A DNA stretch of 64,000 nucleotides from Macrostomum lignano (taxonomy: Eukaryota), in the NCBI GenBank assembly GCA_002269645.1, contig NIVC01002548.1, positions 98,269-162,268 on the forward strand, written 5' to 3'. Of this stretch, positions 32,912-46,328 are shown piece by piece. The notes under the pieces are model-generated. The model saw only the letters and a list, made by a program, of their open reading frames with translations. It was not told where the DNA came from and searched no databases. Both the position numbers and the translations under genes were made by a program. Numbering within the stretch: the stretch's first letter is position 1; the number at the start of each line of letters is the position of its first letter.

Positions 32912-33593
32912 GATAAATAAAAATCAGAGGCTTTAGCGCTACCAGATAAAGATCAGAAGAGCTCTGCAAGAACCCATGCAGTCAGTCGGGTGCCAACACA
33001 GCTGGTTCTGCTGCAAATGCTTGATGTTTACAATAAGCTCAGGGCCATCTTAAACTAAACTGCTTGTAACTATATGAAAGATTTTGACAGTTTCTTCCTA
33101 TTTTAGAGTCTCATCACAGACTAAAGAAGAAATAACGAGCCTACGCTCGTACAAGGGAGGGGCTTCTTCACCTTCTTAGGGTGGGGCCTCTGTGCAATGG
33201 CTCGCTTGCATATGTTTATGATGCGTTTTTGAATGCTTATGGGACTCAGCAGGTAACAAAAAACAAAAACAGCAGCGACCAAGCCCTGTCAATACGAGCA
33301 TATGTCTAAAAATAGGAGCTGCGTCACAGCGTATAGCCAAACAATTTATGACACTCCCTTCTCTCTACCATTTTTCATCTTATTGTACAAGCGTACAAGC
33401 CAGGCCGCCAAAGCGCTTTCCATTAAAATATTTGTTTGACCTGCAACCATGCAAGTTTGCCCGCGTAAGAACAGTATGTACAGGAGAAAAGGCTAAATAT
33501 AAGCGGTGGGAACAATTCAAACATAAAGATGGATCGATCGATACAAGCCAAGCTGCGAGAGCCAGCCTTAAAATGTACTCTGACAGGTTTCTG

Positions 33594-36500
33594 TCATTCA
33601 TTTTCGTTCACTAAAAATCGTGACGCGAAGTCCTCCTCCTTACACTTCCCAGCCGTCAGGAACTCGTGCTCCAGCAGCTGCTGTGCCGAGTTTCTCTCCT
33701 TGTGCTCCTTGGCGGTGCAGCGGCTGTAGAAATCCCTCAGCTCTGCGGATCGGCCGTCGGGCAGGGCGGGGGCGCCGCTTCTGCCGATCAGCTGGGCCAT
33801 TTCTAAGAAGTTTCTGGCGTTTGCAAACGGTCTTTCGCCAGAGGCCATCTGGAAGACCGAGCAGCCGAACGCCCAGATGTCCGACTCTCTGCTGCACTGC
33901 ACGCTGTCCGACTCTCCCGCTCCGAGCAGCTCTGGCGCCATGAAGTTCGGAGTGCCTTTGGGTGACTGAGTTGAGGCTAAGATGTGGCTGACTGACTGCT
34001 CCAGCTTGATTGACAGGCCGAAGTCGATCAGCTTGATTCGCGTGTTGTCAGCACAAACGATTATGTTCGAGCAGTTGATGTCTCTGTGGATCACGGGCGG
34101 CTGCCGGCTGTGCAGGTAGAGCAGCGCGCGGCAGATCTGGGAGCGGTCGGTCAGTGAGCAGTCATCATTCATGGGAACATGGAACAGGAGCATCAAGGAT
34201 GCACAATGCTCACCTGCTTGCTGAAGTCTCGAATCGTCAGCTCGTCCAGCGGCTTGTTGTGGATAAACCTCTCCAAGCTTCGGCCGTCCAGCAGCTCCAT
34301 GAACACAACGACTGTGGCGGGCTCCGGCTGAGCGATGTGCAAGAACCTGACGATGTTGGGATGCCGCAGTCGGCACAGGTTTCTCTCGCTCTCGATAGCT
34401 CTGAGAATCTCTGTGCTCACAGAGGGCAGCTCATCACCGAGCTGTAAAGGTAGTCTGAGAGTCTTGGCAGCGCACTTGACGCCCGTGTCAGTTCGAACTT
34501 CGTGGACTTCACTGAAGCCTCCACGGCTGATGAGGTGAACGGCGTCCCAGCACTCCAGGAACGGGGGGCCTTCGGGTCTGAGGGGATGTGAATTCAGTTA
34601 TGGAAGAACTTGCTTCGGAATTTTAGGAGAATGTGTTCAAACTGAGTTTGCTCTGAAGGAACTCACGGAGGCTCATCGAAGTAGTTCTCGTCTTTGAGCC
34701 TGAAGCGTGCATGCAGAAACTCAAATTAATATTCGCGAACAATCTAGCTTAGAGAATCAAGTTTGCATGTTTCTGAGCAATACTCGAAATTTAAAACTGC
34801 ACAAAACACTTGGATGTGTAGTGGCTGCAAAGTAATTAATCAGATATACATGTACCATATAGAATGCCCGTCAATAATAAATATCGATCAGAGAAACATT
34901 GTCATGAAAGCTCACCCACGCAGCAGCTCAGCCAGTTCGCTCTTTCCCTTCTGTGTGGCCAAATCCAGCGCAGTCATGCCATAGCAGTCCTTGATGCTCC
35001 AATTTGAGCCTGAGTCCAGCAGAACTCGACCGACCGCGGCGGCGGTGTCTGAGGGCGCCAAGAAGGCAGCCCACATGAGAGGTGTGAGCTCGGCTCGTTC
35101 CCTGGCATTGGCGAAGGCTCCGGCAGCCAGAAGAGCGGAGACTGCGACACAATTTCCAGCCCTGGCTGCATGTTGCAGGCAGCTTTCAGCCCACATGTCA
35201 GCACAGGTGGGGTCACCCAGCTGCACCAGCTGCTCCCACAGAGCCTCATCACTGCACGAGCTTTTCATAGCTGCCCACATCAACGCGGTTTGACCCCAAC
35301 TATTGGGCAAATCAGGACTACCGCGAGTCGCCGCTCGCAGAAGCCCCGCCGAGTCGCCCGCCTTCACCAACCGCTCCAGTTCCTGTCGATCCGCCTCCTC
35401 CTGCAAAGGCGAACGAGAAATTTGAGCACAGCTGCTCAGCTGCAGCCAAATCGGCACTGCAGATGCCGCTTACCTGGTCGGTAAGGCCGGAGATCCTGCC
35501 ATTTGCGACCACAACCAACCGCATCTCGCTGCAATAAAAATTGTGATTATGATTTTGAAAAATAGGAGCGATTGGCGAACCAGTAGCGCAACGTCGAACT
35601 CAGCCCTGCATGCGCATGAAGTTTTCAAATCGATTACTGCAGCTCTGCAAAAGTCAGCATTGACGAGATCGCATACAACTTCACACACGCAGCTCATTTC
35701 CCATTTTTTGCGGCACGAGTTTCCTTCCATCTCACAATGTCTTGCAAAGCACTCACACACAGCCTCCCAGTTCTCAATCTGCAGCTCAAGCCACACTCTC
35801 TCACTGCACATCGAGGCCCAACAGCTTCCATTCTTAACTGAGATCAACCGGCACCCCATCTCGAGGCAGCCAGCCAATCACAGCTCTCTTCCATCAAGCA
35901 GTCGGACAGAGACAAGCTCAGCTGACTGGCTCTGATTGGCTGGCCTGAGACTGCATGCTCTGAATGCTCCAAAGATGGACACAGCAGCAAACTGCTGCTC
36001 ACTCACCGCTCGATGTAGCCGGCCAGCTCTGAGTGGCCGCTGAGCCTCGCCAGGTCCAACGCCGTCCGGCCTTCGAGATCCTCCATTTCGAGCAGCCGCG
36101 ACCTCTTCGAGTTTCCGTGCTCCTCGGACTCATTGAACCTGGGCTGCCTGAGCAGGTGCAGCAGGTGCTTGGCGCATTTCCAGCTTCCAGTCCGCGCTGC
36201 CTCCATCAGCGGAGTTGCGCCTTTGTCGTTCCGCAGCCACTTTGCATCGAACGACAGCAGCGTCAGCAGCCGCAGGTGATCCCGCTGGGCTGCCAGGTGC
36301 GCAGCCGTGTCGCCGTTTGCGTCAGCCATCTTGGGGTTCGCGCCCAGCTCAAATAAGTACAAGATACACTTTTCAGTGTGCATGGAAGTCTCAGAAGCGT
36401 CGGCCACCAGCATGAGGACGGTTCGACGAGCCGCATCAGCGCTGGTGACCAGCTGGCGTGTTGCCAGCCTCCGCACCTGGCCGAAGTCACCTCGGATGAC

Positions 36501-36731
36501 GTTGTGGGCGAGAGTCTGGAGATCGGCTGTTGAGTCTCCGACGCTTGCCCGGTTGCTGGGGACCGGCTGAGTGAGTTCCTGAAACTGCAATTGAGGCACC
36601 TGGGACCTACATCCAAGCACAGATTACTAATAGTCGATTTCTGTCGCAATTCAACTTACCGCACAGTCAGGGAACTCGGTTACTTCTTCGTCTTCCCAGG
36701 ATGAATTTGAATCGTCTGAAGCGCTGGCCAT
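33594..36731 (-). CDS. Ankyrin-repeat Ser/Thr kinase (7 exons, intact)
   Basis: Exons 36731-36660, 36599-36007, 35528-35474, 35400-34916, 34699-34667, 34577-34214, 34136-33594, all phase-compatible GT-AG. ANK motifs (GDTAAHLAA, GATPLMEAA, GRTALDLA, GQTALMWAA, LTPLMWAA, GMTALDLA); kinase SRGGFSEV, CAAK, HRDINCSN, DFG, GTPNFMAPE, SDIWAFG. Confidence 0.9.
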
Positions 36732-37260
36732 GGCAAAGCGCTTGGTGATTTTGGGGCACTACGTCAGCTCTGCTCTGCAACCTGGCAGGGCAGCGAGGTC
36801 CCGTGCTGCAAATTTTATAGCCCTGGCTGCCTGTGGCGGATTGGCTGAACACTATATCTGTTTATTTGCTCTGTACTACTGTGAGCAGTATAGGGTTGCA
36901 ATGCCGCATACTGATGCAGATTTTATTTTACTTTTAGTTGCTGTGCGGTGAAACAACAACAGCAGCTCCGCGCTTGTCTCACCTGTTTCTTTAATTAGCA
37001 ACTACCTATTTCTGCCTCTCCCAGCCTCCATTTTTTCTTCTTCTGCACTAGCTCAGAATGGGCAGCAGAAGCTCAAAGTGATGCAGCAGAGATGCTGTGC
37101 TCATTCGGCAAGGAGAGGCAGGTGCACAGCTAGTGAAATTTGTGCAGGGGCTTTTTGACAATGGGGCAGAACTGATGAGGCATCGCTGAGTGCAGCTGAG
37201 CTGCTGTGCGCGGCCACTGCATCTCCAATGATGTCTCTCCTCCCTCCTGTCCTGTAGTAG

Positions 37261-37599
37261 CTGGGGCTGGGGCTGGGGCTGGGGCTGGGGCTGGGGCTGG
37301 GGCTGGGGCTGGGGCTGGGGCTGGGGCTGGGGCTGGGGCTGGGGCTGGGGCTGGGGCTGGGGCTGGGGCTGGGGCTGGGGCTGGGGCTGGGGCTGGGGCT
37401 GGGGCTGGGGCTGGGGCTGGGGCTGGGGCTGGGAATGGGGCTGGGGCTGGGGCTGGGGCTGGGAATGGGGCTGGGGCTGGGGCTGGGGCTGGGGCTGGGG
37501 CTGGGGCTGGGAATGGGAATGGGAATGGGGATGGGAATGGGAATGGGAATGGGGCTGGGGCTGGGGCTGGGGCTGGGGCTGGGGCTGGGGCTGGGGCTG
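37261..37599. repeat. (GGGGCT)n hexamer microsatellite with GGGAAT variants
   Basis: About 56 units; explains the PQ, SP, AP, AG and GL repeat ORFs. Confidence 0.97.
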
Positions 37600-37874
37600 C
37601 ATGAGGCTCGAAATCTATAAAAACGAAAACTCTGTGTGTGCACAATTTTGTTCGCTCCCAAAACGCTCAACTAAATGACGCCAAATTTTGCACCCACCCA
37701 ACTTTACCTTACCTTAAAATTTCCTCAATCCAAGTTTTTGGTACCTAAAAAATTAAGAATCCTGCTAAATAAGCGGCATTTTTCACTAATTATTTCATAG
37801 TTTTGCTCCAGATTTCACAAACCCTCGTCAAATTTGACACAAACAAACGTTAACAACTTAGCTATATCTATCCA

Positions 37875-38805
37875 GTGGCCGCAGATCCAGAATGTATCCT
37901 GGAGGCGATACATTCCATACATTCCATATTCTCCAAGGTCGACCTACTGGTACGTGGCTACCACCAGATCCCCGTCGGCCTTTTCGAGTTTCTCCGAATG
38001 CCGACATTCGGCTTGAAAAACGCGGCCCAGACTTTTCAGACGTTTGGTGAATTCCATCTGTCAGGACGTGCCCGTCCGTCTTCGCCTACATTCATATCGA
38101 CGACTTTTTGGTAGCCAGCAGCAGCACCATACCGAGCTGTTCTGGCGCTGTTCCAGCCTCCTCTGGTCTACTGCTCAACTCAGAAAAATGCCAATCGACT
38201 TTCTGGGCGACAGGATCAGCAGCCAGGGTGCCGTGTTGCTTTCCGACAAGGTCGACGCCACAACCGCGGAAGTTTGCGCCGCCCTCCACGCTACCATGGT
38301 GAACTTTTACCACCGCTTTGTACCGCGAGCCGCCCAGCTTCTGTGCGACATCTACCGCGCCATAGCCGGAAAGGAGAAGCTGATGAGAGGGCACTAAGTG
38401 AACGCTGGCTGAGGCAGTCATGCTGGTACATCCCGACCCCAACGCTCCAAACGGTGCTCACTTCATGCCGACGCTTCCCAGACAGCCGTCGGCGCCGTCT
38501 TCGAGCAGCGAGTGGGCGGTGCGTACGTGGAGACCACTGGCGTTCTTCAGCCGGCGACTGCGTCCTTCAAAGCAGAAGTACAGCGCTTCTGGCTACGAGC
38601 TTCTGGCGTTTTACCAAGGCCACCCGTCATATCCATTTCTCCTAGACTCCTTAGAGGGCCCGTCCTTTTACCGCCTTCACCCACCACAAGCCGTTAGTCA
38701 CGGCCATGGCCAAGCTGTCCGATCCGTGGTCGGCGTAGCAGCAGCGACATCTGGCCTACGTGTCGGAGTATACGGCCTCCGACATCCGGCACGTCGGAGG
38801 CCATA
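37875..38805 (+). mobile_element. Degenerate Ty3/Gypsy RT-RNase H remnant
   Basis: Fragments IFSKVDL..RGYHQIP, FEFLRMP.FGLKNAAQTFQ, IDDFLVAS, WRPLAFFSRRL...KYSA...ELLA, THHKPL spread across several frames. Confidence 0.85.
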
Positions 38806-40104
38806 AAAACACTGAAATGCCCGCTAAAAATTGCCGTTCAATCCATTATTTAAAGATATGAACTGTCTTAATGGAGTGAACCATGCTTCTAGAGCTACAT
38901 TTTCATCATGAACGCCTGACCTGACGCATCAAGTCAATCGATCGTAATTATTGTCCGGAAAGCAGTTGGGGTGTCAAAATTTTGCTTTTTGTTAACAAAA
39001 AGAGCGTGTTTTCCGATGTAATAAAGATTGTAGTTGATAAAATTTGCTAAAAGATGTGTTTTCCTGTATTATCTAGATGAATAGCATCAAAAGCTTAAAT
39101 TAATAATTTGCATCTCGAAGGAAGACAAAATTTTCGCTTTTATCGTTTAAAATTTTAAGTTTACAAGTCTCCGGGCCGCGAGTACGACTTACGAGCTACG
39201 CCAACGTACTCCTTGTAGAGTTATAGACATCGAACTTTGACGAGTGGCGTAAACAAGTCCTGAATTTGAAAAAATTCCTAAAATATTTTATTCATTTCAA
39301 AGAGCATTTAGCAGTTAAATCTTAAAAAATTTGACCCATAGCTAGTGAGCGAATGAAGAAATTTTAAGTTTTCAAACATTTAAGCCAAAAGTTTATTAAA
39401 GCTAATTATCGTGTTAATTTGCTTTGTAGTAGCTAGCACAAAAAGCTATAAGCTAAAATTGTGTCACTAATTCCCTCTTATCTCTAATATAAGATTAGAT
39501 AACAATTTTTACTGAGTACACGATTTTTACACACTTTTTTCGAATATCTGAATGTATATTAGCTATGTGGGCATATTTAATAACTAAAATTACATTTTTG
39601 AAATTTTCAATTACTTGTAATGGTTGAATATACTATTATTTTCTAATTTTTTTAATTACGAAGATATTATATGTGGTGAATAAAATGCTATTTGCTAATT
39701 TAATTGAAATTCGTGTTTATATATTAATCAAGATTTTAAAACATGTTAATTAGTTTGTTCTAATCTAGGGGTGCATTAAAGTTCAAGTATGGGTACATAC
39801 ACTGGATAGAAATGAAATATCTAGGTTTGGTAAATAATATTTGAGCAACCCGCATGAGCCATAGAATCTCAACGAATTAGTGTTTGGCTTTATTATATTT
39901 TTTGTCGAACTTGCTTTGCCAAATAACTTTCTTGGTAGTTTTAAAACTATTAGAATAAAATATTTTCGAGCAACTTGAGCTAAACGTTCCTGTTTAAAAT
40001 GAAAATAATATATTATAAAATCCTATTGCATGAACAAAACTTCGACCAGACTGAGACAATGAAAAAACCTGTTAATTTCAGGTGAATACCCATGCTTGCT
40101 CATC

Positions 40105-43100
40105 ATGACTTCAAAGCACACGCAAAATGCCAAAGCCACTGCCAATATTCAATTCGCAGTCAGCCTGCTTAGCGAGTCCCTGCGTGACATTCTCGAGAAC
40201 AGTTTCAACATCAAGGATCGACTCGATTTTAACAAATCACTAGAAATGTTGGGCGATAAAGTCAAAGAAATATTTCCTAATTTGGAAAGCCAGAAGCAAC
40301 GGCAGCTGGAGCAATATTTGCAAAGAGCAAAAGCAATCACTAGTAGATTGTCTACTCAAAATTTTGATTTCGACAGGTGTGAGCATGATTTAGAGTGTCT
40401 GTTGAGGCTGGCGACTCTGCTGGGTTTTAGCGAGTGTCACAAACAAATTATAAACTTTTCTGGAGTCATAATTGAAGACTGGGAGAAGCTAAAGGCCGAA
40501 GGCAATGATTTTTATAAAAATAGAAAGTGGACGGAGGCCATGAATTGCTATTCTAGGGCAATCAAAAGCACTTCAAATGTTGCTGTATTGTTCTCAAACC
40601 GAGCTCTGTGCGAAATTAACCTGCGCAAGTTCGATCTCGCACGCGAGGACGCAGAGGACGCGATCGAGCTGGACCCCAGCCCGGTTAAATTCTACAGGAT
40701 TCTTTCCGAGACGCTTTTCAAACTGCGGCTGTATCAGCAGGCAGCTGATGTGTGCAAAGCCGGTTTGAAAATCTCTTCAACAGACGAGACCCTTCTTATG
40801 AGAGTGCGTCTTTGCGATGAGCTTGTCCTAGACAGCGAGCAGCAGTCAAATGCAGATCGGAGCAAAGTAGGGCAGGACCCAACAGTTCACAAGAAGCTGC
40901 GAGACTGCCAAGTGGAAAGTACATCGGACATTTCACCTGACGAGGTGCACCCCATGGACAGCGCCGTTTTGCAGAGCATCAGCGAGCTGGATAAGGCCCA
41001 CCAGATTCTGCAGTCAGGCAGAGGCGACATCGGTGAAGAGCAGAAGGCGTTTGAGATCTTCGAGTCCGTTGCAAAGCAAGGCAGTGCACAGGGTTTGTAC
41101 AACATGGCCATCATGTACAAAGACGGCAATGCAGGACTGGCTCGAGATCCAGCAAAGCATTTCCAGCTGTGCCTCCAAGCCGCCGAGCAAAATCCGTACT
41201 TATCGGCCATGGACGATGTGTTTCTCAACATTGGCGTGGCGGAGGCGGAGAACGCCCTCGGTGTGGCTTACAGAGACGGCATGGCCGTGGACAAGGATGA
41301 CAAGCTCGCTTTCAAATGGTTTCTGAAGTCCGCTCGTCACGGCTACGCATCTGCCATGAGCAACCTCGGGCTGGCCTTCTACAACGGAACTGGCTGCGAG
41401 CGGAGCCCGACCTCCGCCCGATGGTGGCTCCAGAAAGCCGCGGACCTCGGACAGTCGGAGGCGCAGCTGAAATTAGCTGGGATGCTCATCGAAGGCGAGG
41501 GAGGACCAGCCGACTCTGAGAAGGCGGTTGAGCTGCTCAAAGCAGCTGCAAACCAGGGCCTGCCAGGTGCTCTGGAGGCGCTACAGCAGCAAATGCGGCG
41601 CGGAGCCACGAAGGCAAAGCGCATGAACTCAACAAGAAAAATCGTGGAAGAGAAGGCAGCTGCTAACGACAAAGAGGCACTGTTTCTTCTCGGAATGAAC
41701 TATTTGCAGGGAGAAGGAGGATTCGAGCAGGACTTTGAACTCGCGGAATCGTACTTGAGAAAAGCATTCGATCGGAATCACGAGAAGGCTGCTTTTGTGC
41801 TTGGTAATTTGTTTTTGCGATTACGAAGGAACAAAGATTCCGTGTACTTCCTACGGCATGCTGCTGAGAACGGTAATGAAGAGGCCCAGTGGACACTTGG
41901 GTTCCTGTTGAGTATCGGGCATGGCTGCGATCGAGATGCTGCCGAAGCTCGGATTTGGATGCTTCGTTCCAAGAAGCAGAGTAAAAAGTGTATCGATGAT
42001 CTGATTGAACAGAGTTCACAATTTGTACGAGTGGAAGCTGCTAGAGGTCTTTCAACAAAAGATGGACTCAGCCAGCTCGAGAGAATCGAAAGACTTTGTA
42101 TAGCTTCGTTGTCGAACTCAATGGCGCGGGACGCTACCAAAGAAGTTTTCGAGCTTTTGAGACAAGAAACAGAATGCGAACTACATCCTGGTACGAGTAG
42201 CTGGTGTGAAATGGTAAACATGCTGACAACTGAGAAATTGATGGCAAAAAGGGTAGCAGAGGGATCGAAAACGGCGCAATTGTATTTCATTGCCCACGAT
42301 CTCCTGGACCAGATGCGCTGGGCCCTGAAGAGTAAAAATCCAGAAGCCTTTCGCCTGTACCGACTTGCTGCAAGAGCTTGGCAGCCCCTTATGTTCGATA
42401 TGGACACCTGGGATGAACTGCTTGCTGCAGCAACTGAAGCCTTCGAGAAGAATCCAAGGGACGCGGATGCTTATTTCGCCATTTGTCAGTGCCACGCTTG
42501 TAAAAATATGTCGAATAATAAAGAGCTTGTTCGCATGGCGCTGACCTGCACAAATCTGAACCCCAATGTTGCGGACTACTACGTTTTTCTATGCAACATG
42601 TACGCCTTTGTTGAAGATGGCGTGGGCTCATTGAAGGCGGTCGAAAGAGCTTTGGAGCTTGAATGGGAGCCTACCTGGCTTTTGGAGAAGGCCAAGGCAT
42701 TGGTGCAAAAATATATTAATCGGCAAGATCGCAGCATCATTATTGAGGCGTACAAGGAGTTCATTGCCGCCAACGAAAAGGACCAGCGGCATATCCCGGA
42801 AGCGAATTATTACCTCTCTTATGAATACATGGAAATGAAAGACGAGGAAATGGCCAGAGAATATTATCAAAGAGGTCTTCGCGCTGAAAGTCCAGAAGTG
42901 AGGCTGCCCTGCTTTGAACCGGTGCAAGACTATCGACCCAAGGAAATTGTTGAGGCGATGTTCAAGATTCTCGATTCGAGTCGATCGAATCCCGGCATGA
43001 GTTTTCCGTTTCCTAATGGCGAGTCAAGCGGCGGAGCCTGGTGCGGCTCCTGCGGAATGCCGGACGCTTCGCGACGGTGCAGCAGGTGCAAAAAGTCTAC

Positions 43101-43163
43101 TACTGCAACAGAAACTGCCAGCTGGAGCACTGGAAGCGGCACAAGAAGCACTGCACCGCTTGA
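40105..43163 (+). CDS. TPR + SEL1-like repeats + C-terminal MYND zinc finger protein (single coding exon, one frameshift)
   Basis: TPR (LKAEGNDFYKNRKWTEAMNCYSRAI...FSNRALC), SEL1 repeats (AENALGVAYRDG...AFKWFLKSA, AMSNLGLAFYNG...ARWWLQKAA). MYND CGSC...CSRCKK is completed as VYYCNRNCQLEHWKRHKKHC if A5 at 43090-43094 is A6. Confidence 0.88.
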
Positions 43164-45801
43164 GGATTGATGTTTGTTTTTGAAAATCCTAATGATAGCA
43201 GATATACTATTATAATTTGCTTACTATGCAGTTTCTCTTACCATTATTGCTGCTCTGGCCACCTTGGTGGCTCTCAAGTCTTTCCGAATTAGGCCATAAA
43301 AACTAAGAAATTAGTTTTATATTTTGTTTTGTTTAGTTTTAGTTTTAGTTTTTAGTTTTCATATTTTTAAGAGGTTTACAAATCCAATCCTAACGCTGAG
43401 GGGGGAAGAGTGGCTTAGCGTCAATCTGGTTTCGAACGTTTCGAATGTACATGTAAGCATAGCAAGTCTTAAAGAAAGAAAAGGAAAGCTGTAAAAGCTG
43501 GGCTTTGGCTGGGAGTTAAGGTAATAGATATAACTGTAAAGAATCAAGGCTAAAATTGAAAGAGCAAGAAACGGTGGGGGCGATCATGGACTTCTATGCT
43601 AAGTATAGAAGTCCATGGTGAAACCAACGATATTTGCATGGCCCCTGTTAAATAAACGATCTAAATAAATCAGACCAACGATTAAGCCACAGGAAATTAC
43701 TCAAAGATAGACAACAAACTATAATATTGTGCGCTCGTACAACGAACAGTTGTTGAACAGCTTTTTCGGCTTGACAGTTCAAAGTGAGTCGATTGGTCTT
43801 AAAGGATCAGCTCAATCAAAACGTAGACAACCACGCGATTAGTCTCCCCGCGCAACTCCACGCAATCACGGAACTCACCAGTTGTCGTGGACCATCTCTA
43901 CCAAGCACACCTTCAGACCAGAGCATCTCCTCGATGCTAGGTAGAACAGATCCTGCACGACGCAATCCACTACCCGTTCCGTGACGGGTACTCCGCTTGA
44001 TTGAAGCATCCAGCGCAGGTCGGCTCTCATTGAACCCCACGTCCTTCCAGAGGCACCATTGCTTTCGCATTCGTTGTTGATCACGTAGTATCGCAGCATG
44101 CTGAAGCAATCTAGCTCGTAGAACATAGAAATGCATCTGTCAGATACGAGATAAACCACTTTGAGATCGCGCTTGCTCATCTCGGATAGATCGGCCAACA
44201 CCAACAAACTCGCTTCATAAATTCTGCCTTAGCCCATTAAGTATTCTCCTCGTGCCACGATCGAAAGATTTTTACTGTCTTTCCAGTAGATTCCAGCACA
44301 ACAGACGCAATCATTTCGTTGAGTCTGTGCTAATCTTCGTTGTTAGTCGGTTGCGGGAGCCAATGGCAAGTCACTTAAGACAGCTTTCGACTTCAGCAAG
44401 ACTAATTAAAAAATTAAAAAATAACGCTGTCAACATCAATAACGTTGAATATATAACTCGAAAGTGTCACACTCTATAGAGACAACCGCTCACTCTTAAA
44501 TACCCACACAATACATTCGTTTTCGTGAACTGCACGAAGTCAGTATTTTTCTATGGTTAATTAAAAGGTACAATGCCAATATGGCCAAATGGGGTATAAA
44601 TATATTTTTACCGTTTATTATTTCCGGTCTGGAAGCGAGTCCTCTGCTTTTGCTTCAGACTATAGAAGCAAGTAAACGGAAATAACTTATACTCGTATCT
44701 ATGTGATCTCTCGACATTAGGAGGGCCAACCGCCGTCTCATCATTGCTTGGTTGCGGGTCAACTGATTTCCGATTAATAAAGCTTATAACAGTGCGAGTA
44801 TATATATATATCTGTAGTATAACTAACTGCACTAAAACTGTTGCTTTCATTTTCGCTTTTTAGATCCATTGTTGTTCTTCCTACTACCATAAGTAATCAT
44901 ATATAGACATGAAATTGCTGCGCCGTTGCAATTTTGCGACCAGGCCCCATCAAGTCTTCCACATCCCTTTAATCATTTTCTACTTAATTTTTTCTACTTA
45001 AATTAGCGATACTGAACCTAAGAACATGTTTGAACAGTCTAAGCAACTCAAGATGATTAATAAATTTACATGAAATTATGGCAGTTTAGCCCGCCTTAGC
45101 TAATTATTTCTGCTGACTCGGATGTCAGAAAGCTTAAGTTTTGATTTATTAAATGGATATATTATATCCTAGAATTGTAGCAGAAACGTGTCTTAAAACG
45201 TGTCTTATTTGTGTTTTAAAATTCAATATCAAATTGTTAGTGCAATACTGTACATATATACACATGTATGATTCACCTGCAATTCAGAGACCGAAAAAAG
45301 AATGTCACATCTCTGTCTGAGTCTGTCCTACGAGCGTATTCACAGAACTTACACAGAAAGAGCTACGCGAACACGCTACTTTAAAGATGAAAAAGAATGT
45401 GTAGCCATAAAGCATAGACAGATAGACTGCGTTGATGTTGATGAGTTGCAAATAAGAAAGTGTACATGTATTAAGACATTTCCTCATAACTTTCTAGATA
45501 TTATTTCAGAGTAACTTTTGCAGGTAAAAATGTACGTGTATATTGGTAGCCGAAATGTTAATCAAACAAATATTCAAGCAAATAAGCGATGGATAAAAAT
45601 GCGTAGCCCTGTCGCAACTTCAATTATATGCATCTGACGGCTTGCACTGCAAGCTTTGTGTGTAAAAGTGCAGCCGAGTTTTGGAGGCCTAGTGGTACTT
45701 TCTGTGATGCTACTTATGTAGATTTCACCTCGGCAAGGCAATCCCACAGCTGACTACGAGCCTTGTGGCAACTTTGCAGACACGTTCTGTACGGGTCCCG
45801 T

Positions 45802-45992
45802 CAGGGACTACTCAAACTCGGGACGAGAAACGACAAAACTTGAAGGCCTATCTATTAATATCCTAGCCCTCGAAAAGCATTACTTCGATATGTTCTACCT
45901 TGTAGTCATAAGTTTGTATCTGTGGTCAAAACCTATCCAGTTAATAGGTCTTCAAGTTTGTCGTCTCCCATCCCGAGTTCAAGTAGTCCCTG
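45802..45992. mobile_element. hAT-type MITE
   Basis: About 55-bp imperfect inverted arms starting CAGGGACTAC; TSD GGTCCCGT / GGTCCCAT (7/8). Confidence 0.8.
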
Positions 45993-46202
45993 GGTCCCAT
46001 CTGTCCCATCTGTCCCACCCCATCCCAGCGCAAGCAGCGGCCATCAGAGACCCTCAGCCATAAACTAAACCCGAGTTCGCACTGCTCAGAGCAGCAAAAA
46101 GAATTCAGTTTCTTTCAAGCAGCCCCAATCTCAATCTCAAGCATTCGCAAAAGCAGCCAAAAGCCAATCAAAAGCAGCATTTGAAGCCCCTCGCAGCTTC
46201 CC

Positions 46203-46296
46203 ATGCAGCAGGCCGTTGTGACCCGCACCTGCCGCCCCTGTGGCAGGCAGTTCACTGCTCAGACCGGGACATTTGAGCTGCAGGGCAAAAATCCCG

Positions 46297-46328
<32 letters not shown>

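Noticed and set aside
37048-37255. U-box or RING-like fragment ([10 protein letters not shown]...LPNEHSIS)
   Set aside because: Interrupted by stops, motif incomplete, not linkable to the ANK-kinase exons.
43090-43094. Programmed -1 frameshift before the MYND finger
   Set aside because: No XXXYYYZ heptamer (TGCAAAAAG) and no obvious downstream structure; a homopolymer error is the simpler explanation.
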